Source of the DNA: Selaginella moellendorffii
Lineage: Eukaryota > Plantae > Lycopodiophyta
Length of the DNA stretch: 64,000 nucleotides
Assembly (NCBI RefSeq): GCF_000143415.4
Contig: NW_003314274.1
Span: forward strand, 142,483 to 206,482
Direction: 5' to 3'
Position 1 is the first letter of the stretch, and each line of letters starts with the position of its first letter. The notes beneath the pieces were generated by a model. It had not been told where the DNA came from, searched no databases, and saw only the letters and a program-made list of their open reading frames with translations. Both the position numbers and the translations under genes were made by a program. Shown here one piece after another: positions 25,569 through 38,480 of the stretch.

Positions 25569-28500
25569 ATTTGGTATCGGAGCTGTTCCTTAGTCCGACT
25601 TTTATTGGTGCTCAAGTATATCACCACTAGTGTTGGCATCGGAAGGTCCGAGGAGTGGGCCTATCCTTGAGGAGTAGCAAGTCTGGAAGACATGGCTCTC
25701 CATTACAGTTCATGTGTGAACTTGTAGACGAGGTGGTGGATAGAAAAGGGCCAATAATGGAACGACTTTGGGATCTTGGGAACAGTGCAAGGTTTTCCTC
25801 ATTGAGTTGAGGATGTGATCCGGATGAGCATTTGTCTCAGCAAATTGTCTTAGGTTGTTGTGGTAAACAACTAAAGTTGGGATCACGGGAAAGATAGAGA
25901 CTCCAAAACAATAAAGGAGTCACAAGATTATCCTCATATAGTTGAGGTTGGTGCTCATGAATGTGAGACCAAAGGTAATGACCGTGGAAGGTCAAATACG
26001 GAAGAGGACTCAAGTCCTTGAAATGGTAGCCGGGGCTACCTCTAATAAATGCTGGAACAACCCAAGGAGTTGGGGGTGTATTAAGTGGATGAGTTGGTAT
26101 TCTCATCACATGGACAAGTAGTCCTAAGGGGCAAAGGTTGCCCCCAGAGAACAAAATCAAGTGTCGGAGTAACACTTGTGAAAATAGTCCTTTTGAGTAG
26201 GACCGGAATGCAAGATGTGTATTCCAGTGAGCTAGTGCCTCACAAGTAGGACCTTACGGGTCGGTGGATTAACCAAGTCCAAAACTGCTAGACGACTCAA
26301 GTAGAGTCAAGGGATGGTCCTAAAAAGGACTGAATGAAGCATTTGGACTGAGGTGCGTTGTACCCCACAAAGGATGGGGGGGGATCATAGGATCCAAGGA
26401 TGAGAATAGAGAGTATCTCATCAATGGCAAAATGTGCCATGCTAAAGTTATGGGAAAGGTGTTCCCAGAAGAAAACAACTTTGACATAAAGTTGTGTGTG
26501 ACCTCTATGGGGCAGTGCTAACGGATGGTTGGCATGAGAAAGAGCGGTGTTGGTCTTGGCAAAGACTTAGACACGAAGGGAAATGTCATAGAGGTAGGCT
26601 CGTGGAGCCGATGGTGTGGAGACACCAAATGTGCCAAGGTGTGATACCTTAAGGCTATGTTGGTGGGTTCATGAGAACCCCTTGCCAAAGGAATCCCAAT
26701 GGAAATGGGAATGGCATAGCCTAAGCTGTAGAGCATGCAGTTGGAGTGTGGTGACCCAGATAGTGATGGAGGTGTGAAAGCACCAAGCAATGAGTTGTAG
26801 GACTTGACAACTATGAGGCAACTAAGCAAGAGGTGCAAAATAACTGGTTAAACGGGTAGAAGGTAGCTACCCAAGACTTCTAGTATAGGGAAGTCGGATA
26901 TACCCTTACGGGGGATAAGTTGCTTATGTTGCGATATAGTAAGTCAATGTCATAAAAGGAAATACTCATTGTCAAGAAAGCCATCATTGGGACACCCGAA
27001 CACTCTAGAACACCAGAAGGTGGTGTTTGATGTCGCGAGGGCAATGGATAAAGCCCAAGGGACTAAGTCCCTAGTGAATGATGGATAGAAGGTGCTATCC
27101 AAATGTTCAAGGTTGCGAAGATAGGAGAGGACTGTCTACCCAAGTTGGACAAAGCCAAAAATGGAATTTTGGCAAGGCTAGTGATGGGCATGTAAAGGCC
27201 CATAAGCAACAATGTAACCCCAGTGTGTGGGATTATAAGCTGAGCATACCCGGATTGAGGAACCACTCCTTGGGCTATTGGGTAGGTTCATCCCTAAGAA
27301 TACTTGCTAAGGCATGATAGAAAGTGCAAAGCTATCCTCCTGGTCTGGAGGAGAATGACCGAAGGAAAGGTGTGAAGCCAAAGGCAAGTAATGTTGGGAT
27401 GGAACTGAACCATAGGAATCAAAGGGCATATCCAACAGTGGTTATGAAAGTTGGGAGTGGAGAATAAAGAGAGTGCTCGAGGATGTTGTTGTTAGCAACC
27501 GTGATGCCATGGAGAGTCTAAAATATGGAATTGTCCATGTTAGACTATATGGCAACTATAAAGCTTGCGAAAGGGGAGGCCTTAGCAAGCTGAGGGACAG
27601 AGTTCCTTCAAGGTTCCCAAAGACGATTCTAGGTAGCATAGTACCTAGAAAGGCCAAGTGTAAATGGTTCATGGAACGCGCGAAATCAGAGTGGCGCAGC
27701 AGGAGCGTGGTCTTGAAGCTTGCCATGAGGCAAGGTTATCAAGGTGAGGGAAGTAGTTCCCGAGTGTTCAAAGAGAGGGCTTTGAACGAAAGTCGATGGT
27801 CAAGGACTTTCACGCTTATGCAGGAACCATGTTACAAAGGTCGGAGGACTTGCCAAGTGAGATTGGCACGTCAGGGGAACAAAGACCCTAGTTGAAGGTT
27901 ATATCTTCAAAAAGGGTGGGCCAGGGGGCCGAGCATGGAGGAGTCCATGCATGATCACAGACATGTCAAGTGAGAGGACTTGGCAGTGTGGAGGAACTAG
28001 GTTCCTAAGCTGTGATCTGTAGCGCGCTTTAAAAATAGGTTGGTGCACCGGCGTGGGGAGTCACGCCAGGCATCTTGTGTGATGCCGTCCGTAGATGCAT
28101 ATACGGAGGTTGGGTTCGAGTCCCGACCCTCTAGTGCTTGGGTTCGAGTCCCAAATCACTAGGGCGTGGTGATGGTTTGGAATATGAGGACACTCATATT
28201 TCGGTGGTCATGGACTCTCAGTGGGGAGACTGGTTTGGGCACACCGCCAAGCGAGGGATGCCTCGGAGTCGTGATGCACAGTTAGATTGCTTAGTGTGAA
28301 AGCTCAGCATATCTAACTTGAACACTTTGGTGCAAGTGGCACCAAGGTCGTGGTGAGTGAGATGGGGACACCTAATCTCAGTTGCTATGAACCCTTGGCC
28401 GTAAGGGCTAGCTTGGGTGCACCGCCAAGTGTGGGGGATGCCCCCGGGGTTATAGTCAACAACTTGGAGGTCTAGAAACCCAAGTACCTCTTGGCAACTC

Positions 28501-29630
28501 TGTTAAGGTGCCAAGGTGAGATCACTAGGTGATCTTATGGCCAGAAAAGGACAAGGTCCTTGGTTGGCTAAGGAATGAAGTTCCTGGTTCAAAATGTTGA
28601 AATTGAACTGTTTAAGGTGGTGTGGCTTGGTCGTAATAACCAAGTGGGAAGAGCACCTAAGGGAAATAAACTATGTCCGTGCGATGGCATAGTGAGTCCG
28701 AGGAAAGTAGTCTCTATAAAAGACCCATGGGAGGGTCACGAAGTTGGGCCGTGGATAGAGCCCATAGCAGAAGATGCTAAAGAGACGTACTAGGGGTGAA
28801 CATCCTCCGGACTTGGTAAAGAAGAGTCTTTGCTATGGAACCGAAACAATACCTCAAGGAGGGAGGTAGAGATTCGATGTTTCTTCGTGCAACAATCAAC
28901 GGATAGGAGCAAAAGATGAGTGGCCAAGATAGGGCCGTGGAATCCCTTGGAAGGAATCCAAGTGACAAAGTTAGGCGAGGAACACTAATGTGTTGGACGC
29001 TAACAAGTTGCGGGAAAGGAAGTGTGTTTCCAAGGAAGGATTCCAAATTGCTCCAATTTGGCGAAAGTGGAAGCTCCAAGGGAGGGAGCGGTAAGGTAGC
29101 CAAATGATAGGGTGATGGACAACCCTAGCACAAAGTGTGATAAATGGAACTTAGTGCCCAAGGTGGCACGAAATAGAAGAGAGGATGATGGTGCCCTCAA
29201 GTAATGAACTTCCTAGGATAGGGAAGTGGAGTCGCACAAACTGTGCAATGCAAGGTGTTGGAGACACCTAGGAAATTGACTCCAAGAAGTCAAAATTCAA
29301 AGTTCCAAAGTGCAAAGGTTATATATCGATGGAAATTGAGACTACTCGAGAAGGAGTAGTGGGATTGACTTAGAGAAGGGTCTCTAAAAGGTTTAGTGAG
29401 AACTAAACCAATAAAAGGAGAGAACCATTACATGTGGTTCAATCAGTCTCTAAGTTGGAGAGACTACGCTCCTTAAAAGATGGACAAGGCATGGTGAGCC
29501 TTTGATGTCAAACCATAGACAAAGATTGGCTAGGTGCCAAGGATGGAAATGGTAACACGTGTGGGTGTTACTTTATGAAAGGGTTTACCGTTCGATGAGG
29601 ACATCGAACTTCGTCTATGGGTGGTGGAGT

Positions 29631-31393
29631 TGTGAGACACAAAATCCCTAGGCCCCAAAGTGGAGCCGGAAGGGCGCCACATGGTAGTGGCCGAAGCGAG
29701 AGCCAAACGAGCGTAACACGTTTGGACCAAAAGCTCCAACTTGAAAAGTCAAGAGCGGGAGTGGAACTCCCAACGAAGTGCTCGAGGAACGAGCACGAAG
29801 CGAGCAAAAGGTGAGGCTCCAAAAAGGGACCCAAAAGGACCAACACATGACACGTGGGAGTCCGAGATGGAGTCCGAGGTGGACCCGAGATGGACCCGAG
29901 TTGGAGTCCAAAGTGGAGTCCGAGATGGACCCGAGATGGAGTCCGAGATGGAGTCCGAGATGGAGTCCGAGGTGGACCCGAGATGGACCCGAGTTGGAGT
30001 CCGAAGTGGAGTCCGAGATGGACCCGAGATGGAGTCCGAGATGGAGTCCGAGGTGGAGTCCGAGGTGGACCCGAGATGGACCCGAAATGGAGTCCGAGAT
30101 GGACCCGAAATGCAGTCCGAGATGGAGTCCGAGATGGACCCGAGATGGAGTCCGAGATGGAGTCCGAGATGGACCCGAGATGGACCCGAGATGGAGTCCG
30201 AGATGGAGTCCGAGATGGAGTCCGAAGTCGAGACCGAGACCGGGACCGAGACCGGGACCGAGACCGAGACCAAGATCGGGACCGAGACCGAGATCGGGAC
30301 CGAGACCGAGACCGAGGCCGAGGCCGAGACCGAGCCCGAGCCCGAGTCCGAATCCGAGTCCGAGTCCGAGTCCGAGTCCGAGTCCGAGTCCGAGTCCGGA
30401 GCCTGAGAGGGTGAAAGCCCAAAGCGTTCGTCTCCCAGACCCTGGGGGGTTTGGTGAGCTCCAAAAGTATAGTAGGGGGAGGACTGCAGTGGAGCCAGTT
30501 TGGCCAGGAAAGGCCAGTTTGGCCCAGGAAGGCCGGACCCAGTGTTGGGTGATGAGATGCCCACTGGGAAGTCCAAGACTAGAGTGAACACGGACCGACA
30601 AGCGGGGTGAAGTGTTCAAGAGCCGGCTCTAGTTCCCCCGGGAGATCGACTGGCCGATGCTCCCAGTCCAAGTGTGGGTGGCACTACCTACTTGGATACC
30701 TGGTGTGGCTCAATGGAACCCGCTCTAAGCCCATGGCTAGAGCACCCAAGGGCAGAAGGCGAGGAGAGTACCCAGGTGGCTCGCGTAAGGCCACGGTGTT
30801 CCGAAATGTTGTCCCAAAGGCCCAGACTGTGGAAAGGAAGAGGAGCAGTCCTCTGGGGTAGTGACCAAGGACACAGTCGTGTGGTGAGGAAGTCCTAGAG
30901 GACCGTAGGACTAAGTGGTCGGGCCTGTGGGTCTCGATCCAGTGGCAGTGTTGGCAAACACGGCCAGGGGCAGAAAGGGACTTAGTGGGGACTGACAGAG
31001 GGATATTGGGGAAGGCTATTCCCCTTGTCGGTGGGCATCCTAAGGATGCTAAGGAGTGGATCTGAGATGACCACTCACGGATGGTTTGCCTAGTCTTGGA
31101 GGGCCAAGACGGAGATGCAAGTGGTGTTGGACCACCAGTGTGACCAAGGTAAATGGGCATGGCCTTAGCGTAACGGGCCGGTACGTCGGTGATACCTTGG
31201 GGTGTCGATCATGGGATCGGACACGTGGAGCACTTGGACCAAGTGCTAAGGTTGAGTGGCATGGATGCCATTCTCGGGGCTAGCAAGCCCCAAGTCCTGA
31301 GTTGGACTTATGGAGGTTGTCAATGAGACTCCTCCAAGTGGTCAGACATGTGGTTAAGTGACTAAAGTAAAATGGAAAATTTAGTCTCTTACA
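29631..31393 (+). repeat. 3' LTR (1763 bp) with internal hexamer arrays at about 29858-30397
   Basis: Direct repeat of 23830-25568; the 24-bp length difference lies in the hexamer array. Confidence 0.95.
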
Positions 31394-31406
31394 CATCCAA
31401 ATTGAT

Positions 31407-31690
31407 CGCAAAATGTGGCAAGAAACATGTGAAGTTAGAGTTGAGCAGCCATTGCTCTTGGAAGTCCCCATTGGTGAACCAAACTAGCCAACCACCCAAG
31501 TATAATACTTTAATATCCTTTAAATGGAGGATGTCACTCACATAACAGCGCAAAATGTGGCAAGAAACATGTGAAGTTAGAGTTGAGCAGCCATTGCTCT
31601 TGGAAGTCCTCATTGGTGAACCAAACTAGCCAACCACCCAAGTATAATACTTTAATATCCTCTAAATGGAAGATGTCACCCACATAACAG
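31407..31690. repeat. Tandem duplication, 2 x 142 bp
   Basis: CGCAAAATGTGGCAAGAAACATG unit at 31407 and 31549. Confidence 0.9.
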
Positions 31691-31916
31691 CACAATCCTA
31701 CCAATTAAATGACCACACCACCCCAACTCGTTGGCCAACAATAGCCCATAACATTAAGTAGAAGCTCCCCTTTCTTGCCAAAATTAGCTCCCCACTAATT
31801 ATAGTGCATCTTATTTCTCTCCCCTTAAGCCAACTGGAAAGAGCCCTAAGGTTCCAAGGATCCCCTTTCTTGCCCCACCTCATGATGAAGAAACCCAAAA
31901 TTAGCTCCCCACTAAT

Positions 31917-32527
31917 TATAGTGCATCTTATTTCTCTCCCCTTAAGCCAACTGGAAAGAGCCCTAAAGTTCCAAGGATCCACAGTGACAGTATATCCAAA
32001 TCTCATCCCATGATCACATGTGTTACACTCACTCCCTTCAGAGATGTCAATATCCTTATTAACTATTGAGTAACAACCCCTACTGAGCCAAGGGAACCAG
32101 CACCTCCATTTCCGCACCGAATCTACCAATCCTTCCATTATGTAGACCAGCTATTCCATGTGAGGTAACTAGTCATCCACCTGTACCGCAGTCCTACAGT
32201 GGATACCTTCGTCCGTGCATACTCCACACAAGAGGAAGGACATACACCAATACGTACGATTTCAAATTTAGGGGTAGGAATATACCTTGCTCAAGGGTAT
32301 ATTATATTTTTAAGTAGCCACTAATCAATGGGAATCGAACCCATGCTATTTGCTCTGATACCAACTGTAGCACACCTTATCTCTCTCCCCTTAAGCCAAC
32401 TGGAAAAGGGGCAATTGCTTGATAAGAGAGCCCTTAGTAGCTATTTTATCCCCATTTATCCCCCAAGGTTCCAAAGATCTACAGTGACAGTATATCCAAA
32501 TCTCATCCCATGATCACATGCGCTACA
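31917..32527 (-). mobile_element. TRIM (terminal-repeat retrotransposon in miniature), 611 bp
   Basis: Short LTRs 32366-32527 (TGTAGC...GCTACA) and 31917-32027 (internally deleted); PBS TGGTATCAGAGC on the minus strand at 32352-32363; PPT TGAAGGGAGTGAG at 32028-32040; flanks CTAAT/CTAGT. The left junction is partly duplicated at about 31779-31860. Confidence 0.85.
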
Positions 32528-33579
32528 CTAGTGCAAGAAAGCCTCATGGAAACAATATTACACAAACTGACAGAATTGGTCAAGTGCTAGAAAACAACCA
32601 TCTCTGAACTTCATGCTGAATATGAGCTACATTTGGCAGAGAAACACAAGAGGGAACACCCCAAAGACCAGGTAACTAACAGCAAAATAAGGCTTCTTAG
32701 GGCCATCCTCACACCCATGGGTGGAGTGGCCTCAGTCAATGCAATAACCACAAACCTACTTGGCAAAGGCTATGCAGTAGGATGTGGCCACATAAGGCCC
32801 TCCAGAAGAATAAACAAGACAAAAGTGGCACCACTAGCCTCAACTAATGGAATTGTTGAGCAGCCCCCACCCAAACAGCTGTATAAAGCAGTCAAGAAGA
32901 AGGGTGAAGACTCAACAAGTGGCCAACTAATGCTACCAGAGAACTTTGAGACCCCAAACCACACTACTCATCGAACACAGGACCTTATCAACACTACAAG
33001 AGCACAAGTCTATAGGAACAGACATTGGGAATGATGACCTCAACATACCACCACCAACATTCCCACCACCAAAAATGCAAGATACAATCCACAAAATCTA
33101 GGCTGAAATCTAGCTGGAACAACTAAACCATATTATGCTTTTGTCACAAAAATCTCAGATCAGCCATGTGGAACCTCCTTAGCACCAAGTTGCCCTCTTA
33201 GCAAGACTTTACTAGTGGCCTTGTGAGCACTACATCAACACTTGAACGCATTGCCATGCATCTTGATGGCTGGAAGACCCTAAACCCCCATCATTAGGGT
33301 GGCCCCCATGGCCATATGAAGTCTACATAACAACCAACCACTAGATCACAAATGCTTTTGTTTTTACACTCCCCTTAGGGGTCTATCACAAGTTTTTCTT
33401 TTAAGAATCACCTCATTACTATGCAAGTTTCTCAACCATTTACAAAAGAAATCTTTCTCATCATCTATAACAAGAAGTTCTAATAATCTAATATGCAATA
33501 GTGCCTTCAACCCCCACAAAGAAAATAGGGCACAACCATGCCCAAACAAAAATGCAAAAGGGTGCCCCCACTCAATCAG

Positions 33580-36500
33580 GACACATGAATCTTGGTTGGA
33601 GCATGGAATGTCCGAAGGTTGACAATGGATCATGGCACCAAACTAAGCAGAATAAGCAGGTATGACATCACAATCCTTAGTGAGACATGGGAGAGCCCAA
33701 CAGCCCATCCCCCACAATACCCTAAGTACATTGCATACTCCACACCTCAAACGCATCCAAGGGGGACCTACATATATGTCAAGCAAGCTATACACCACTT
33801 GGTCCAGGATGTCATCTGTGCCCCTGCCGCAAACTTTACTGCACTTAGGCTTTAGCTGAACACCACTAAACAATTGATTATTGTCAGCAGCTATTCCTCA
33901 CTGTCCACAATGTTAACAATAGTCACCCCTTTGACCATTTGGTCTGCATGATTGAACTATAGCACTCAGAAGCTACAATTGTGATGCTTGGAGATTTCAA
34001 CGCACACATGGGATCAAGCCAAGCTTTAGTCGAGCAAGGAGGTGACCTAACTGAAGCACCAAGTGATTTTCAGCACACGTATACCAATGACAAGAAACTC
34101 CTTGCAAATCATGTCAAAATTTTCAACTTCTGCACAACAATGCAATTGCTCATTGTCAATGGCATTAAACATTGGCCACCCACAGGGGAACACACATGCA
34201 TGATGTGGAATGGCGCTAACACCAATGACTACACCCTCATCTCACAAGTCACAATTGACACTGTAGCCGACTACCACCTCCAAGACTTTCTTGATTCCAA
34301 GATCTCAAACCACCACCCACTCAGCATCTCACTACTAGTCCAAAGTTGCACTACAAGCCCACCTCACATCTCCACTGCTGGGCCAAACTTATATGTCCAC
34401 CCACAGGACATCCCAAAGTTTCAAGAACAATTCGGAGAGTCTTGGCTACAGAATATGCCCATGCCAAACCAACATGCAACACACTTAATTCAGGCCCTTG
34501 TCATAGCAGCCATAGATGTTTTTTGCCTACGCAAGGTCAAACATGCTATTAGGTTCCCAAAGGCTCACTAGTGGGATGCAAAATGCTCTGTTGCCACCAA
34601 ACGATAAGAGTTACGCGTAGGGGTAGTTGACCCAGCCAGGGTGATACACACTTTTTGGCAACTACAAGAAAAAAAAGAAAAGAAGATATATTAAATATGT
34701 CAATGATGAATAAATCAAGAACCTCAGCACCAACTCTACCTGGGCACATCAAATCTTCCACAAACCTCAAGCAATCACGATGTTGAGCAACATGGAGGTT
34801 TAGGTGGCATACCTTTACAACACTGCTGTACCACTAGTCTTGACATGGCAACACAAGAGGATGGCCACCTTCTCTGTAGAGGACATTGCCAACACCATTC
34901 ACAAATTGCCAAGATGTCAAGCTCCAGATGCACAAGGGCTCACTGCCGTGATATTGTTGGCCGTAGATGAAAAGTTCTTTACCCCCATCCTCAAGGGAAT
35001 TCTCAACAATATAGACAGCATTGGCTTCCCAACACCATGGATGATCAAACATGTAGTACCACTCCATAAAGTAGGGAACAAAAATGACCCCTTCAACTAC
35101 AAATGCATCATGATAAGCAGTGTCTTCTCCAAGCTATATGCTCAAATGTTGGAAAAACTGCTGTCACAGTGAGTAGAAACAACACATGTACGTGCTTGGT
35201 GTTAGGCTAGCTTTTGCCCATGCAAAAGTTGCACATACCACTTGATTAAGTTTCAAATTCTACTAGATTGCTCCTACACAAAAGGAGGTAAGCTCCATGG
35301 ATTTCAAAAAGGCCTTTGACACCAAAAAGGTTTTAGACACTTGCTCTTCCAACAACTAAAGGAACTTGGTGCACCACTTGCCATCGTCAATGCCATAAAG
35401 CACCTTTACACCTGCATTCAAGCCAAGCTCATTGGACAAACAGTAGTCCCCTACAATGCCATTGTTAAGCAAGGATGCCCACTCTCCCCAACATTGTTTG
35501 GCATATACATAGATGCATTGGAAAGCCTTTTGGCCGAGCGTGACCTCTTCACCACATAAATTGCTGGTCTCTATCTTCATCTCATACTTTATGCCAATGA
35601 CTTGCTACTCTTTGCTACAATAGAAAAGAAGATGCAGTGGCAGTTAGAGGCCCTCAAGGAATTCTGCCAGGACACAAGTCTCAAGATCAACCTAACCAAA
35701 ACATAAATTGTGATCTTCAGCTCGAAAACAAGCCACACCTTGCTCCACTATCAAAGACAGGAGGTCCTACAAGTTACCCCTTACAAGTACCTTAGTTATC
35801 ACCTTCACCATTAGTGAATATGGACCACTAGAGTAGCTCAACACGAAGTCACAGTTGAACTCCCAGCAGTTGAACTCTACTGAACTCACTCTACCAAGCA
35901 GCCCTCTATTGGTGGGATGCAAGAAAGGAGCACTATCAGGCCAAGGTCCACACCATGCTACTATATGGCTGTACTGCCTGGGCCCCCAGCTAATCAGCAA
36001 CAAGCTGGTCCCACCTAGAAGGGCTTAATTGAACCTTCATTGCCAATGACTTTGGCATCAAATAGAAAGCATCCTATAGCTTGCTATGCATGGAGATTGG
36101 ACTGCTCCTAGTTGAAATCCAAGCATGGAAATGGACCATGTAGTTCATACTCTCCATGTGGAAGGACACATTCAACTATTGTGCTCAGGCAGCTATTGCA
36201 AACTTGATCCAGCTTGACACTGAAAGAGCCAGGGATGCTGGAAGGCTTGTTGAAAGTGGATGGAATGCTTTGGCTTGAACTTCAATGGACTGCTGGACTA
36301 ACTAGTCACCACAGTCCCCCCAGCTTGGATCAGCCTTGCATTTAAAGGCTAGTTGGCAAGCTCAAATAGGAACTCCCACTTCCAAGACTACCTCAACAAC
36401 ATCAACCCTGGGAGAATCATCAGCCCCAACATCCACAACTCCACAAGCTACACCACCATACGCATCCTTGCAAAATACCAAATGAGTGCACACTCACTTC

Positions 36501-36720
36501 ATGTCGAGCTAGGCCGAAGACAGACGCCAGTCATGCCCAGAGATGCCCACCTTTGCCCCCTGTGCAAGACAGGAACAAAGACCTTGTCGCATGTCATATA
36601 TGACTACCCCGTTTACATGTGACTATGGCTCTTCTTCCCCACACTGGACTTCCATACGACCTCCTAGCATTCATGGGGAACATGCAGCAATGATTCCTCT
36701 TTCTCCATACGACTTGAATG
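33580..36720 (+). mobile_element. Decayed non-LTR retrotransposon (LINE) ORF2: APE endonuclease, RT, C-terminal CCHC; possible ORF1 remnant at 32.6-33.5 kb
   Basis: WNVR, LSETW, LGDFNAH, SNHHPL; KVGNKNDPFNY, DFKKAFD, VKQGCPLSPTLF, YANDL; SAHSLHVELGR...CPLC...H. Many stops and frameshifts; ends approximate. Confidence 0.9.
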
Positions 36721-37399
36721 ATTAATATTGAGAGTGAAAAATTCAATAACATTTATACATGTGGTTTGCACTTGAATATCACTAACACAAACATGAGGTA
36801 TTACAAGTACTAAACAGCTTTTATGTAAAATTACATCACATGTTTTTCATTTCTTTTTTCTGCTCATTAAAATAAAATAGAATAAAATAACTTCAATAGA
36901 AAGAATAGACAACATTGTGGCAGCTGGCAAGCAGTAAAGATAGATAGCCAACTAACAATTAAATATATACTATACTAATTATAGTTTTCAATCGGTTTAA
37001 AAACACAAAAGCTGAACAAACAATAAACCAATCTTTATCTTTATAGTTTTCTTATAAATTCAGAAACTAATATTTCCTTGTTCCTAAACTAACGACCTAT
37101 ATAAACTGTAAAAACCTTTTCACTCAAGTTATTTGGAAACCAAAAGGTTTCTTCTTTTCTTAATTGTACAAGACAGTGCTTCATTTCTCCAAAGAATATT
37201 CAACCAATGGTAATTTTTTGCTCTTGTGAGAACATCTTGTTATCTTTTTTTTTTTAATTCTGAGTCACTTTTATCTTATCTCATATCCTATTCTTCCAAT
37301 CTATCAGCATCACAAATTTACATTATAATATTGAATGCATTTGCTTGAATTTCTGAAAGGAAGCATAATCATTTTACAAATGTTTCAATATTCTGCAGT

Positions 37400-38480
37400 T
37401 TGATCAATCACCATGCTGTATCAAAGAGAGGGAATAAGACAATGTTGTATATCTGTTCCCAAGAACTTGTTGAGAACCCATGTCTGTGGCCACAACACTC
37501 TTACGAATCGCTGTACGTAACTCTACCAATCCTAGTACAAAATTCAATAAACCCACAAAACTCAGATGGGATGTTATTACTTGCAAGCAAAGGAAACTAG
37601 AAGAAGAGATGATCATCTTGCTCAGGGCCACTTTCAACTTTTTCAAGGCTGGGAGAGATATTACTCAGAGATGCAGTTTCGCCACAAGTATTAGTGAAGT
37701 TCCAGAGGTTGCAACAGAAAAACAAGCCTCTCTGTCTAGAGCTCCCTTCACTTGGACTCCTGCTAGTGTGGAGTTGAGTGCGTTGCTCCATGGCACAGCA
37801 GCATGAAGAGTCATCGTCTCCATAGCTCCACCAGAAAGGCAACTTGCCGCTCTTGAGGTAAGTTGCATTTCTTACTTCTATTCTTCTAACTTAGTTGTCC
37901 ACAGTTCAGGGTCCATGAACTTGTCCGCTTGACCTTGCCATAAGCCAACACATCTGCTTGGGCGAAAAAATTGCACATAAGCTCGTCATTGTTACTAATA
38001 ATCTCATCTGAATGAATCGTTAACCTGTGGTAACGAGAGAAATAAAAATCTTCTTACTTCTCAAAAACAGTGATTGCTGGCTTTTGATGATTCCAATGAA
38101 GCTGCATGGAACAACTTGATGTTTGTTACTATCTGAAAGTATTGAGCCCTCCTTCACCAAGCTTTAAGGTGCAAAAATGCAGAAAAGCGAGAGCATTGAG
38201 GCCGATATCATCATTAAACTTGTTGTTTATGAATGCAAGAAGGCAATTCACAGTCTCTGAATATTGTGTTCTCAATTTCAGTAATGTGTTGAAAGTAATC
38301 TCTAACAACTTTCTCCACTGGTTCAAATGCAAGATAGACAATGCCGCTATCTCTATTTGTTGCAGCAGTAGTAAAGACCTGTAATTGATAAAGCATTCAT
38401 ACCTTGTCCAAAATGACTCAAAACTTTGTTACCATAAACAGCCAGATTTCACGTTGCCAACTCAGATCCTGCCTTTGTTG
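37400..38480 (-). pseudogene. Fragment of a BIG-type ARF guanine-nucleotide exchange factor (C-terminal HDS region)
   Basis: GNVKSG..FM, intron, VFTTAA...IVYLAFEPVEKVVRDYFQHITEIE...(frameshift)VNCLLAFINNKFNDDIGLNALAFLHFCTLKLGEGGL matches recalled plant BIG1/2 sequence. The left boundary is uncertain. Confidence 0.75.

Larger units (their letters stand above)
23830..31393 (+). mobile_element. Young non-autonomous LTR retrotransposon (LARD-like)
   Basis: LTRs 23830-25568 and 29631-31393 (TGTGAG...CTTACA) nearly identical; 5-bp TSD CATCC; PBS TGGTATCGGAGC at 25572 (tRNA-iMet type); PPT-like TGGGTGGTGGAGT before the 3' LTR; 4.06-kb interior with no long ORF. Confidence 0.95.

Noticed and set aside
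28105-28160. Possible tRNA gene
   Set aside because: Only T-arm/B-box motifs; no acceptor, D or anticodon stems.
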